Positions 56,037 to 64,000 of a DNA stretch of 64,000 nt are shown piece after piece (position 1 is the stretch's first letter; every line of letters starts with the position of its first letter). The notes below the pieces were generated by a model. The model did no database searches. It saw nothing but the letters and a program-made list of their open reading frames with translations, and had not been told where the DNA came from. Location: assembly GCA_902618195.1 (NCBI GenBank), contig CACMZO010000003.1:1176-65175 (forward strand), read 5' to 3'. Origin of the DNA: an uncultured SAR116 cluster alpha proteobacterium (lineage in GTDB: Bacteria > Pseudomonadota > Alphaproteobacteria > Puniceispirillales > Marisalimonadaceae). The position numbers and the translations under genes were made by a program.

Positions 56037-56918
56037 ATGAAATTTAAATCTGAGAATACAAAAGGTATTTTAATTGCTTTTTTAGGAGCATTACTTTTAA
56101 CACCTGATACATTATTCATGAGACTCTCTGAAATGGATGTCTGGACAATGCTATTTTGGAGAGGCTTTCAAATGGGTGCCATTTTAATTTTAATGACACT
56201 TAGTATTAAAGAGTATAGAGAAAATTTCTTTTTAATATTTAAAAAAACAGGTGCTTTGATTGTATTAATTCAAGCATCTGGCTCTGTATTTTTTACACTT
56301 GGTATTGTTAACTCGTCTGTTGCATTAATTTTATTTTGTATCGCCACTGGACCATTATTTGCCGCATTTTTTTCTCTAATTATTTTAAAAGAAAAATTAA
56401 AAAAGCCTACTATATATGCCTCTATTTTTTCTCTTGTTGGAATAATTGTTGTTGTTACTGATCCAAGTGAGGTTTTAAATGCACCAGACGGAAGTGTTGT
56501 GTTTGGAACAATTTGTGGATTATTAACTGCAATATCACTTGGCTTATATTTTGTTCTCTTGAGAGCAAATCCAAAAATTCCAGCTTTTGGCACAACTGGC
56601 TTTGGATCACTTATTACTGGTTTTGTTGGTCTTTTATTCATTGATTTAGGACAAATTTTTGCAGGAAACTTTCTTGCAATATCAATCTCTGGTTTAATTA
56701 TTCTTCCACTTTCTTTTGCAGCTTTGGCTTATGCTACTAGATATACGTACGCATCAAACATAAGTTTGTTAATGTTGTTAGAAACTATATTTGGGCCTCT
56801 ATGGGTATGGGTGTTTTTAAAAGAAACACCTAATATTCAAATGCTATTTGGTGGTATAATTGTAATAATTACATTAACTATCTACTTTATAGTTTTAAGA
56901 GCTGGAGAAAAAAATTAG
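56037..56918 (+). CDS. DMT-superfamily (EamA-like) transporter
   Basis: 293 aa, 10 TM, two EamA-like halves. Its ATG abuts the upstream TAA. Confidence 0.75.
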   Translation: MKFKSENTKGILIAFLGALLLTPDTLFMRLSEMDVWTMLFWRGFQMGAILILMTLSIKEYRENFFLIFKKTGALIVLIQASGSVFFTLGIVNSSVALILFCIATGPLFAAFFSLIILKEKLKKPTIYASIFSLVGIIVVVTDPSEVLNAPDGSVVFGTICGLLTAISLGLYFVLLRANPKIPAFGTTGFGSLITGFVGLLFIDLGQIFAGNFLAISISGLIILPLSFAALAYATRYTYASNISLLMLLETIFGPLWVWVFLKETPNIQMLFGGIIVIITLTIYFIVLRAGEKN

Positions 56919-57198
56919 AACCAAAATACTTATAAAAAGTTATGTAAACATAATTATAGTTTTTTTTGCTATTCTTTTATCTGAATTTATTTCATCCAAA
57001 AGTTTTAGTTTTGAAGGCAACCAAAAAATTGAGACCTTTTATCAGTCAAAAATAATTTTAAGAGATATCTTTCAAAATAATCAATATACTTTTTATTGTA
57101 GTTGCTCATATGAACACAAAAAACCAATCTTCAAAGCATGCGGTTATAAACCTTATAAAAATTTTAAAAGAGCAAATCGTATTGAATGGGAACATGTA

Positions 57199-57687
57199 GT
57201 GCCAGCATCAAGATTTGGAAAAAAATTTGAAACTTGGAAAAATGGAAATTTAAAGTGTATTAAAAATGGAAAAAAATTTAAAGGAAGAAAATGTACTCGT
57301 AAAATTAATAGAAAATTTAGATTAATGGAAGCAGACTTATATAACTTGCAACCAACTATTGGTGAAATTAATCAACAAAGACAAAATTTTAAGATGTCAA
57401 TAATACCTGGAGAAAAAAGAAATTTTGGTAAATGTGATTTTGAAGTTCAAAATAAATTTGTTGAACCTTCACCAAATATAAGAGGTGATATAGCTAGGAC
57501 ATATTTTTACATGGCTGATACTTATTCTAATTATATTAAATTAACAAAAAGTGAATTATCTCTATTTTTAATGTGGAATGAAGCTGATCCAATCGATGAG
57601 TGGGAGTGCAAAAAATCTAAATTAATTGAAAATTCTCAGAAAAATTTAAATAAATTTATAGTTCAAGGCTGCAAATCGTCACATTAA
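57199..57687 (+). CDS. endA: Endonuclease I (EndA/Vvn family periplasmic/extracellular DNase). The homologous reading frame extends upstream to about 56899 (see finding).
   Basis: 'IEWEHVVPASRFG', 'EADLYNLQPTIGEINQQRQN', 'FEPSPNIRGDIARTYFYM' and 'MWNEADPIDEWE'. The upstream in-frame segment encodes a signal peptide and the 'FYCSCSY...ACGY' Cys motifs. Confidence 0.75.
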   Translation: MPASRFGKKFETWKNGNLKCIKNGKKFKGRKCTRKINRKFRLMEADLYNLQPTIGEINQQRQNFKMSIIPGEKRNFGKCDFEVQNKFVEPSPNIRGDIARTYFYMADTYSNYIKLTKSELSLFLMWNEADPIDEWECKKSKLIENSQKNLNKFIVQGCKSSH

Positions 57688-57745
57688 TAATAGAAAAATT
57701 CTTAGAAACCTTGATTTTATTTATTCTTTTTATCACAATAATTTA

Positions 57746-58978
57746 ATGGAAAGCAATATCTCTATAAATATTGACAGAATGTGGTCAACACTAATGGACA
57801 TGGCTAAAATTGGACCAGGTATTGCTGGTGGCAATAATAGACAAACATTAACTCATGAAGATGGAGAAGCCCGACAATTATTTCAAAAATGGTGTAATAA
57901 CGCCAACTTAGAAATGAATGTTGATGAACTTGGTTCAATGTTTTTTTTAAGAAAAGGTATAGATAACCAACTAAAACCAGTAGTAATTGGAAGTCACCTT
58001 GACACCCAACCGACTGGTGGAAAATATGACGGTGTTTTAGGAGTATTAGCAGGTCTTGAAATAATCAGAACCTTAAATGATCTTGATATCAAAACAAAAA
58101 GACCAATTATGATAGTAAATTGGACTAATGAAGAAGGTTGTAGATTTGCTCCTGCACTAATGGCGTCATCTGGTTTTGTAGGAACAGTGGACGTTGATAA
58201 AATTTTAAATACAAAAGATTTAGATGGTAAAGTGTTTAAAGAAGAATTAGAAAAAATTGGCTGGAATGGTAAAGAAAAAGTAGGTTCTCAAAAAATGCAT
58301 TGTTATTTTGAACTACATATTGAACAAGGTCCTATTCTAGAAAAAGAAAATATAGATATTGGAGTTGTAACTCATGGTCAAGGATTAAGGTGGCTTGAAG
58401 TGGAATTAATGGGGGTTGAACAACATACTGGTACAACACCAATGAATGTTCGTAAGGATGCTGGATTAGTTATGGCAAAAATAATATCTGAAGTAAATAA
58501 TCTAGCTAATAATAATCAACCTAATCTAGTTATTAGCGTTGGACATATTGAAGTTTACCCAAATTCTAGAAATGTCATTCCAGGAAAAACTATTTTCACG
58601 ATTGATTTTAGATCACACATTGATGAAAAACTGAAAAATATTGAAGCTAAAATTAGATCTATTGTTATCAAATCTAGTCAAGATCATAATGTAAAGTTTA
58701 AAATAAAAGAAGTAGCTAACTTTGATCCAATAACCTTTGACAAAAACTGTGTAAACTTTATTAGAAATGCCGCAAAAAAATATAATTATACATATAAAGA
58801 CATTGTATCTGGAGCAGGACATGATGCATGTGCAATTAACACAAAAATTCCTGCAGCAATGATTATGTGCCCTTGTGTAGATGGTATTAGTCACAATGAG
58901 GCAGAAGAGATAAAAAAAGAATGGGCATTAACAAGTACTAATGTATTAATGCATGCAGCGCTTGAGGCGGCCCAATAA
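57746..58978 (+). CDS. M20-family Zn amidohydrolase (N-carbamoyl-L-amino-acid / allantoate / beta-ureidopropionase type)
   Basis: 'IGSHLDTQPTGGKYDGVLGVLAGLEIIRTL', 'NEEGCRF', 'ELHIEQGPILE' and 'SGAGHDA'. Confidence 0.85.
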   Translation: MESNISINIDRMWSTLMDMAKIGPGIAGGNNRQTLTHEDGEARQLFQKWCNNANLEMNVDELGSMFFLRKGIDNQLKPVVIGSHLDTQPTGGKYDGVLGVLAGLEIIRTLNDLDIKTKRPIMIVNWTNEEGCRFAPALMASSGFVGTVDVDKILNTKDLDGKVFKEELEKIGWNGKEKVGSQKMHCYFELHIEQGPILEKENIDIGVVTHGQGLRWLEVELMGVEQHTGTTPMNVRKDAGLVMAKIISEVNNLANNNQPNLVISVGHIEVYPNSRNVIPGKTIFTIDFRSHIDEKLKNIEAKIRSIVIKSSQDHNVKFKIKEVANFDPITFDKNCVNFIRNAAKKYNYTYKDIVSGAGHDACAINTKIPAAMIMCPCVDGISHNEAEEIKKEWALTSTNVLMHAALEAAQ

Positions 58979-58993
58979 TTATGAGGTAAATCG

Positions 58994-59902
58994 ATGATGG
59001 ATAAAAAAATTAGTTTCATTGGATTAGGAGCTATGGGTGGTCCTATGGCAACAAATATTATTAAAAAAGGGATAAAATTGTTTGTTTACGACATAGATGA
59101 AAACAAAAAAAATAAAGTTGTTAAAGAAGGTGGATTAGTTACAAATGATATTTTAGATATATCTAAGGATTCAGATATTGTAGTGACAATGTTACCAGCT
59201 ACAGAACAGGTAAAAACTGTATTACTTGGAGAAAATGGTATAATAAATAATTTAAAAAAAAATAGTCTCATTTTAGACATGAGTACAATTTCGCCAAAAG
59301 GAACAGATGAAATTGCAAAAAAATGTAAAGAAAATGAACTAAGATTTATTGATGCTCCAGTTGGGCGTTTGGTAAGTCATGCTATTGCTGGTGAATCTTT
59401 ATTTATGGTTGGATGTGATGATGAAAAAGATTTTGAACGTGTAAAACCCCTTCTTGATGCAATGGGCACAAGTATTATTCGATGCGGAAAAGTTGGAACA
59501 GGCATTAGAGCAAAAGTAGTTAATAATTTCCAAATTTTATCTATTGCTCAAATTACTGCTGAAGCTCTAACCTTAGCTCAAAAACTTGATTTAGAATTAG
59601 ATGTTTTTAAGGAAGTTAATGCTGGAACGACAGCAAATAATGGACAGTTTCATATAAATTTTATGTCAAAAGTTTTAAAAAATGACGTTGAACCAGGTTT
59701 TACGATTGATCTAGCACATAAGGATATAGGGCTAGCTATTGAAGCAGGAAATGACTTTAGAGTAGGTCTTCCTGTAGGGTCATCTGTACATGCTGTGTAT
59801 GGTCAAGCAAGGTCATCTGAATTTGCAAAAAAAGACTTTAGCGCTCTATTGGATTATGCGTGTAAAGTTGCCGACATAAAACCACCAAGAATAAGAGATT
59901 AA
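58994..59902 (+). CDS. Beta-hydroxyacid dehydrogenase family (3-hydroxyisobutyrate / tartronate-semialdehyde / L-threonate dehydrogenase-like)
   Basis: 'ISFIGLGAMGGPMA', 'DAPVGR' and 'GTGIRAKVVNN' (catalytic Lys region). Confidence 0.8.
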   Translation: MMDKKISFIGLGAMGGPMATNIIKKGIKLFVYDIDENKKNKVVKEGGLVTNDILDISKDSDIVVTMLPATEQVKTVLLGENGIINNLKKNSLILDMSTISPKGTDEIAKKCKENELRFIDAPVGRLVSHAIAGESLFMVGCDDEKDFERVKPLLDAMGTSIIRCGKVGTGIRAKVVNNFQILSIAQITAEALTLAQKLDLELDVFKEVNAGTTANNGQFHINFMSKVLKNDVEPGFTIDLAHKDIGLAIEAGNDFRVGLPVGSSVHAVYGQARSSEFAKKDFSALLDYACKVADIKPPRIRD

Positions 59903-60672
59903 ACTACTGGACAAAGTCCACCATCAACATTGATTGCTGTTCCTGTGATATAAGCACTTCTATCAGAGGATAGAAAGGCAACTAAATTAGCATAATCGAT
60001 TTCTTCACCTACTTTACCCATAGGAACTCTTTTTGACATTTCCTCATATAATTGACTAACATCTGAATTTCCTGCTCGCCTTTCCCATTGAGCACTCTTG
60101 ATCAAGCCAATACAAATTGCGTTTACACGAATGTTAAATGGAGCAAATTCATTGGATAATGATTTAGTCAAATTAATGCCAGCTGCTCTTGTTACAGATG
60201 TTGGAAGACTTCCAGCATTAGGAGCTTTACCACCACCTATAGCTGCATTAATTATAGAGCCAGATTTTTTTTCTTTCATGATTGGCAAAACAAGTCTACA
60301 CAATCTAACTGCTGCCATTAATTTTAAATTAATATCATCTTCCCAATTTTGATCAGTTACATTCTCGAAACCTGAGGCAGCAGATGTTCCTGCATTATTA
60401 ACAAGAACATCTATTGCTTTAAAATGTGATATAGTATGTTCTACTAATTTTTTACATTGATCAGCATTAGTTACATCACATTGTATATCTAAGACATCAT
60501 TTTTTGTTTCTTCTCTTATAATATCTGCTTTTTCTTTTAAGTAATCACCTCTTCTACCACATAATGCAATTTTTGCTCCTTGCTCTGAAAGTAATTTTGC
60601 AGATGAAAAACCTAGACCATCACTTCCACCTGTTATAAGGATAACTTTATCTCTTAAATTTAAATCAAACAT
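59899..60672 (-). CDS. SDR family oxidoreductase
   Basis: 'VILITGGSDGLG' and 'NNAGT'. The classical YxxxK is not obvious, so it may be a divergent SDR. Confidence 0.75.
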   Translation of the reverse strand: MFDLNLRDKVILITGGSDGLGFSSAKLLSEQGAKIALCGRRGDYLKEKADIIREETKNDVLDIQCDVTNADQCKKLVEHTISHFKAIDVLVNNAGTSAASGFENVTDQNWEDDINLKLMAAVRLCRLVLPIMKEKKSGSIINAAIGGGKAPNAGSLPTSVTRAAGINLTKSLSNEFAPFNIRVNAICIGLIKSAQWERRAGNSDVSQLYEEMSKRVPMGKVGEEIDYANLVAFLSSDRSAYITGTAINVDGGLCPVV

Positions 60673-60687
60673 ATTCGCAACCTTCTT

Positions 60688-61251
60688 TTACATTGTATCC
60701 TTGAATCTATTAATTGCAGTTACACCATCAAAAGAATGTGGAAAAATTAATGGAGTATTTTCTGCCTTACATTTAACCACAATTAATGAAGGTCCATCTT
60801 CTTCATATATTGTTTTCAACACTTTATAATCATCTGTTCTTTCATAAATTGTATAAGTATTTTCAATACCTGATCCTTTAGCAATTAGTTCTAAATTAGT
60901 TTTTCCTGCCGTAGCAGTTGGCTGACTACCTGTTTCTACATAAGACTCATTATCTAAAACAATTACTGTTAAGTTACTTACAGGATGATTAGCTATTGTA
61001 GCCAATGATCCTAAACTCATTAAAGTATCTCCATCACCAGTGATTAATAAAATTTTTTTATCTGGTTGAGCAATTGAAAGACCTAATGCAAATGGTAATG
61101 CTTGCCCCATAGCACCAATAAAACCAAAATTATTTTTTTCGTCTCCAGTTGACATTAAATCCCAAGTTGAAGTTCCAATGCCACTCACGACTCTTAAATT
61201 ATCTTTTCTATCTTCTAATAATCTATTAACAAAATCTCTTCTAATTATCAT
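60688..61251 (-). CDS. Thiamine-diphosphate enzyme, beta (PP-binding) subunit: sulfopyruvate decarboxylase ComE-like / phosphonopyruvate decarboxylase-like
   Basis: 187 aa. 'GAMGQALPFALGLS' and 'ITGDGDTLMSLGSLATI...VLDNESY' form the GDG-x24-27-N ThDP motif. Confidence 0.65.
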   Translation of the reverse strand: MIIRRDFVNRLLEDRKDNLRVVSGIGTSTWDLMSTGDEKNNFGFIGAMGQALPFALGLSIAQPDKKILLITGDGDTLMSLGSLATIANHPVSNLTVIVLDNESYVETGSQPTATAGKTNLELIAKGSGIENTYTIYERTDDYKVLKTIYEEDGPSLIVVKCKAENTPLIFPHSFDGVTAINRFKDTM

Positions 61252-61254
61252 ATT

Positions 61255-61818
61255 TTATCCATTTTTAAATTGTTTGGCTCCAATCATTTTTTGAGACAAT
61301 AAAACAGCTGCTGATTTTCTTGTATTAAATGCAAAATTGGCCGCAGCATTTACAGTTTCTCCAACCTCATCTTTATAATCAACTCTAAAAATTTTTACAT
61401 CCATTGCTTCTAAAACTTTAGGAGTTCCTAATCCCATTGGGACTTGCCAAGGTATGAATTCACCCCATTCACCTCTCATAGAAACTATTGTAAGAAAAGG
61501 TATTCTACAAATATTTGGTAATGCTAAAGCATTAATACAATTTCCAACTCCACTTGATTGCATAAGCAAAGCACTTTTTTTTCCTCCAGCCCAAGCACCA
61601 CAAGATAATCCTACCCCTTCTTCTTCTGTAGTTAAAGTTACCACATCGATGTTATTATCCTTTTCACATAAATTTATTAAAGGAGTATGTCCAGCATCAG
61701 GAATGTGTGAGACTAAAGAGATGCCAATATCTTTGAAAACATCATAAATATCATTTCTCCAATCTTTTGAAATTTTTTCCATATTATAAACCTTGTTATA
61801 TGAATTTATTTTATTCAT
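61255..61818 (-). CDS. Thiamine-diphosphate enzyme, alpha (pyrimidine-binding) subunit: sulfopyruvate decarboxylase ComD-like
   Basis: About 175-187 aa. 'TEEEGVGLSCGAWAGGKKSALLMQSSGVGNCINAL' is a TPP_enzyme_N motif with the catalytic Glu. The start may be the Met at 61782. Confidence 0.65.
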   Translation of the reverse strand: MNKINSYNKVYNMEKISKDWRNDIYDVFKDIGISLVSHIPDAGHTPLINLCEKDNNIDVVTLTTEEEGVGLSCGAWAGGKKSALLMQSSGVGNCINALALPNICRIPFLTIVSMRGEWGEFIPWQVPMGLGTPKVLEAMDVKIFRVDYKDEVGETVNAAANFAFNTRKSAAVLLSQKMIGAKQFKNG

Positions 61819-61863
61819 ATTAATATAAAATAAAAACGTTTTTTTAAAAATTAAGGATAAATA

Positions 61864-62610
61864 ATGAATAGGAATTTTAAAAAAGTTGCAATTGTAACAG
61901 GTGGAGCAAAAAATATTGGAAGAGCAACATGTGTAGAGTTAGCAAAACTTAATTTCAATATTTTAATTCATGCAAACACTGACAAGACAGGTGCTCAAGA
62001 AACAAAGTCTCTTGTAGATGATCACAAAGTTAATTCTAGAGTTGTTATTGGAGATTTAACAGATCAAAACTTTGTTAATGACTTAGTTAATGAAGCCTCT
62101 AAACTTGGTGATCTATCTGTATTAGTAAACAATGCTTCTCAAAGAAATTTTTTTAAATTTGAAGATATGACATACGAAAATTGGAGGCATATATTAAATA
62201 TTAATTTAGATGCTGTATTCTTAACTTGTAAGAAAGCGATGCCATTAATGAAAGATAATTCTTGGGGCAGAATTATAAATCTAGGCGGTCTTTCGGCTCA
62301 TATTGGGGCTATTGGAAGATCACACGTTGTGACTTCTAAACTCGCTGTAGTTGGTTTTACTCGCGCTCTAGCAACAGAATATGCTGGGACAGGTATTACA
62401 GTAAATTGTGTTGTACCAGGATTAATTGATACTATAAGAGGTAAATCTGCAGGACAAGGGTTAGTCCACCCAACTCATTCAGATCCACCAATAGGAAGAA
62501 AAGGTAAACCCATTGAAGTTGCAAAAATGATAAAGAATTTATGCGACGAAAATTCAGATTTCATTAATGGGCAAACTATTCATGTGAATGGTGGAAGTTT
62601 TTTCTGCTAA
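61864..62610 (+). CDS. SDR family oxidoreductase
   Basis: 'VAIVTGGAKNIGRAT', 'NNAS' and 'VTSKLAVVG' (variant). C-terminal 'GQTIHVNGG'. Confidence 0.8.
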   Translation: MNRNFKKVAIVTGGAKNIGRATCVELAKLNFNILIHANTDKTGAQETKSLVDDHKVNSRVVIGDLTDQNFVNDLVNEASKLGDLSVLVNNASQRNFFKFEDMTYENWRHILNINLDAVFLTCKKAMPLMKDNSWGRIINLGGLSAHIGAIGRSHVVTSKLAVVGFTRALATEYAGTGITVNCVVPGLIDTIRGKSAGQGLVHPTHSDPPIGRKGKPIEVAKMIKNLCDENSDFINGQTIHVNGGSFFC

Positions 62611-63555
62611 TTATTTACTAGCTCTAATAGCTGCTTCGGATTTGTGATCACCATGTTCATCCCAGTATGGAACTGAACCATAAGTTTTTACCAAAAAGTC
62701 TAGAAATGCTCTTACTTTAGGTGAAAGATGTTTACCACTTGGATATACAGCATAAATAGGAATATCTTCTTGAAGAAAGTTTTCTAATAAAGAAATTAAT
62801 GTTCCAGCCGCTATATGTCTGCCAACAACAAATCTAGACAACATACATATACCACCATTGTTAATACATGATCTCAAAATTGCGTCACCATGATTTAATT
62901 GCAACATCCCTTTAGCTGTAAAAATTTTAGGCTTATTATCTACTAAAAAATGCCATTCATTGTAAGGACTACCAAGTTGAAAAGAAATAATATCATGTTT
63001 GACTAAATCATCAGGATGTATAGGCTTACCTTTTTTTTTCAGATAATCAGGCGAAGCTACCATTGCTCTTGGATTAGAAGCAAGTTTTCTAGATATGAGA
63101 GAAGAGTCTCTCATCAAAGCAATTCTTATGGCAAGATCAATATTATTCTCAACAAGATTTAACTCATTATCAGAAATAATCATTTCAACTTCTACATCTG
63201 GATACATTTCTCTAAAAATAGGCAAATGAGGCGATATATGCCTATATGAAAAAGTGCTTGGTGCAGTTATCCTCAAATGTCCTCTTGGCGCATTTGTAAC
63301 ACTAGAAACTGCTGCCTCTGCTTCTTCTACATCACCTATAATTCTTCTAGCTCGATCAAGATAAGCATGCCCAACTTCTGTTAAAGAAACAGATCTAGTT
63401 GTACGAGTTAATAATCTTGCACCCAGTCTATCTTCAAGAGCAGACAAGTTTTTTGACATGACAGATGGTGATAAATTTAAATCTCTACCAGCACTTGCCA
63501 TAGAGCCTTTGTCAGCTACTGTAACAAAAACTCTCATCATTGAAATTAAATCCAT
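62611..63555 (-). CDS. LysR-family transcriptional regulator
   Basis: N-terminal wHTH 'MRVFVTVADKGSMASAGRDLNLSPSVMSKNLSALEDRLGARLLTRTTRSVSLTEVG', plus a LysR substrate-binding domain. Confidence 0.9.
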   Translation of the reverse strand: MDLISMMRVFVTVADKGSMASAGRDLNLSPSVMSKNLSALEDRLGARLLTRTTRSVSLTEVGHAYLDRARRIIGDVEEAEAAVSSVTNAPRGHLRITAPSTFSYRHISPHLPIFREMYPDVEVEMIISDNELNLVENNIDLAIRIALMRDSSLISRKLASNPRAMVASPDYLKKKGKPIHPDDLVKHDIISFQLGSPYNEWHFLVDNKPKIFTAKGMLQLNHGDAILRSCINNGGICMLSRFVVGRHIAAGTLISLLENFLQEDIPIYAVYPSGKHLSPKVRAFLDFLVKTYGSVPYWDEHGDHKSEAAIRASK

Positions 63556-63677
63556 AAGATCTCAATATTATATAATTAAAACTATATATTACTTTAGATA
63601 AAACTTGAAATTCTTAAATTAATTGCGTATCAAAAAGATGCATACGGCGTGTAAATTTTAATCATTTACCACAATGC

Positions 63678-63769
63678 GGAGGGGTGGCCGAGTGGCTGAA
63701 GGCGCCGGTTTGCTAAATCGTTAGGGGAAGAAATTCCTCTCGGGGGTTCGAATCCCCCTCCCTCCGCCA
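63678..63769 (+). tRNA. tRNA-Ser(GCU): tRNA-Ser (anticodon GCU), CCA encoded
   Basis: Hand-folded. Acceptor GGAGGGG/TCCCTCC (one G-U pair). T-arm GGGGG-TTCGAAT-CCCCC. Anticodon loop TTGCTAA. Long variable arm (class II). Discriminator G followed by CCA at 63767-63769. Confidence 0.85.
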
Positions 63770-63911
63770 ATAAGATAACTACCTTAAGTCATACTGTGTC
63801 ATAAACCTAAGGTGAGTCTCAATTTTGTTGACGAAAGCTCTTCAAGCTATTTCATTATAAATCATCTTTAATCAACCAAACTTGTAGACCGAGTTGTAGA
63901 CTGGAGATGAC

Positions 63912-64000
63912 ATGAAAAGATTAAATGCAAAACAAATATTAGTATTACCAATAGGCAAATACCCTGATGGAGATGGACTTTATCTTTCAATTTATAAACC
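63912..64000 (+). CDS. 5' end of a tyrosine-recombinase (phage/P4-type integrase)-like gene, truncated by the window edge
   Basis: GGAG lies 5 nt upstream of ATG 63912. 'MKRLNAKQILVLPIGKYPDGDGLYLSIYKP' resembles the integrase N-terminal arm-binding (DUF4102-like) motif '...K.Y.DG.GLYL.V.P'. It lies 142 nt downstream of a tRNA gene. Confidence 0.5.
   Translation, partial: MKRLNAKQILVLPIGKYPDGDGLYLSIYK

Overview
This window is densely coding (about 95%) and very AT-rich (roughly 30% GC by eye). Intergenic spacers are tiny or overlapping, and convergent gene ends overlap at 7636-7639, 13683-13693, 28813-28816, 43270-43273 and 59899-59902. That pattern fits a streamlined marine alphaproteobacterium (SAR11/Pelagibacterales-like), but the taxon is inference only. 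All product calls come from reading motifs in the supplied translations; no database search was possible.

Content, in order:
- 1-1622: a REC / REC / REC-cyclase signalling module.
- 1640-17378: acyl-CoA and fatty-acid-type catabolism, followed by a small-molecule oxidation cluster.
- 18223-23387: a complete PHA locus, phaR-phaP-phaC <-> phaZ-phaB. It includes a CTGC-N3-GCAG operator-like site and a clean bidirectional terminator.
- 24034-26867: tandem GlcD/D-lactate-dehydrogenase-like paralogues.
- 26930-30591 and 39865-46806: sugar-acid catabolic genes (KdgK, IlvD/Edd-type dehydratase, UxaA/GarD, FAH, Eda).
- 32526-39767: an all-minus-strand accessory island that splits the sugar-acid genes.
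- 46814-63555: further catabolic and transport genes, including gcdH, TauD, LLM, an enolase-superfamily enzyme, an M20 amidohydrolase and a split TPP decarboxylase.
- 63678 onward: tRNA-Ser(GCU), immediately followed by the 5' end of an integrase-like gene that runs off the window.

The accessory island is the main find. It encodes three nuclease-fold proteins (DUF559/Vsr-like, GIY-YIG, and a Cas4-like+DEDD DUF2779 protein). It also encodes two dNMP/nucleoside-directed enzymes (nucleoside 2-deoxyribosyltransferase-like, and an NT5C-type deoxyribonucleotidase) and a degenerate KAP-NTPase-like fragment. It further carries a bPH2 membrane protein, a 4x repeat 'beta-flower'-like protein and two voltage-sensor-containing channel genes.

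The most interesting candidate is a four-gene translationally coupled operon at 34215-37363. Its order is Kv-type K+ channel -> voltage-sensor/MscS fusion -> GIY-YIG nuclease -> deoxyribonucleotidase. I propose it as a possible undescribed membrane-potential-linked conflict (anti-phage) system. This is a hypothesis, not a demonstration.

No CRISPR array, rRNA, transposase or prophage structural genes were seen.
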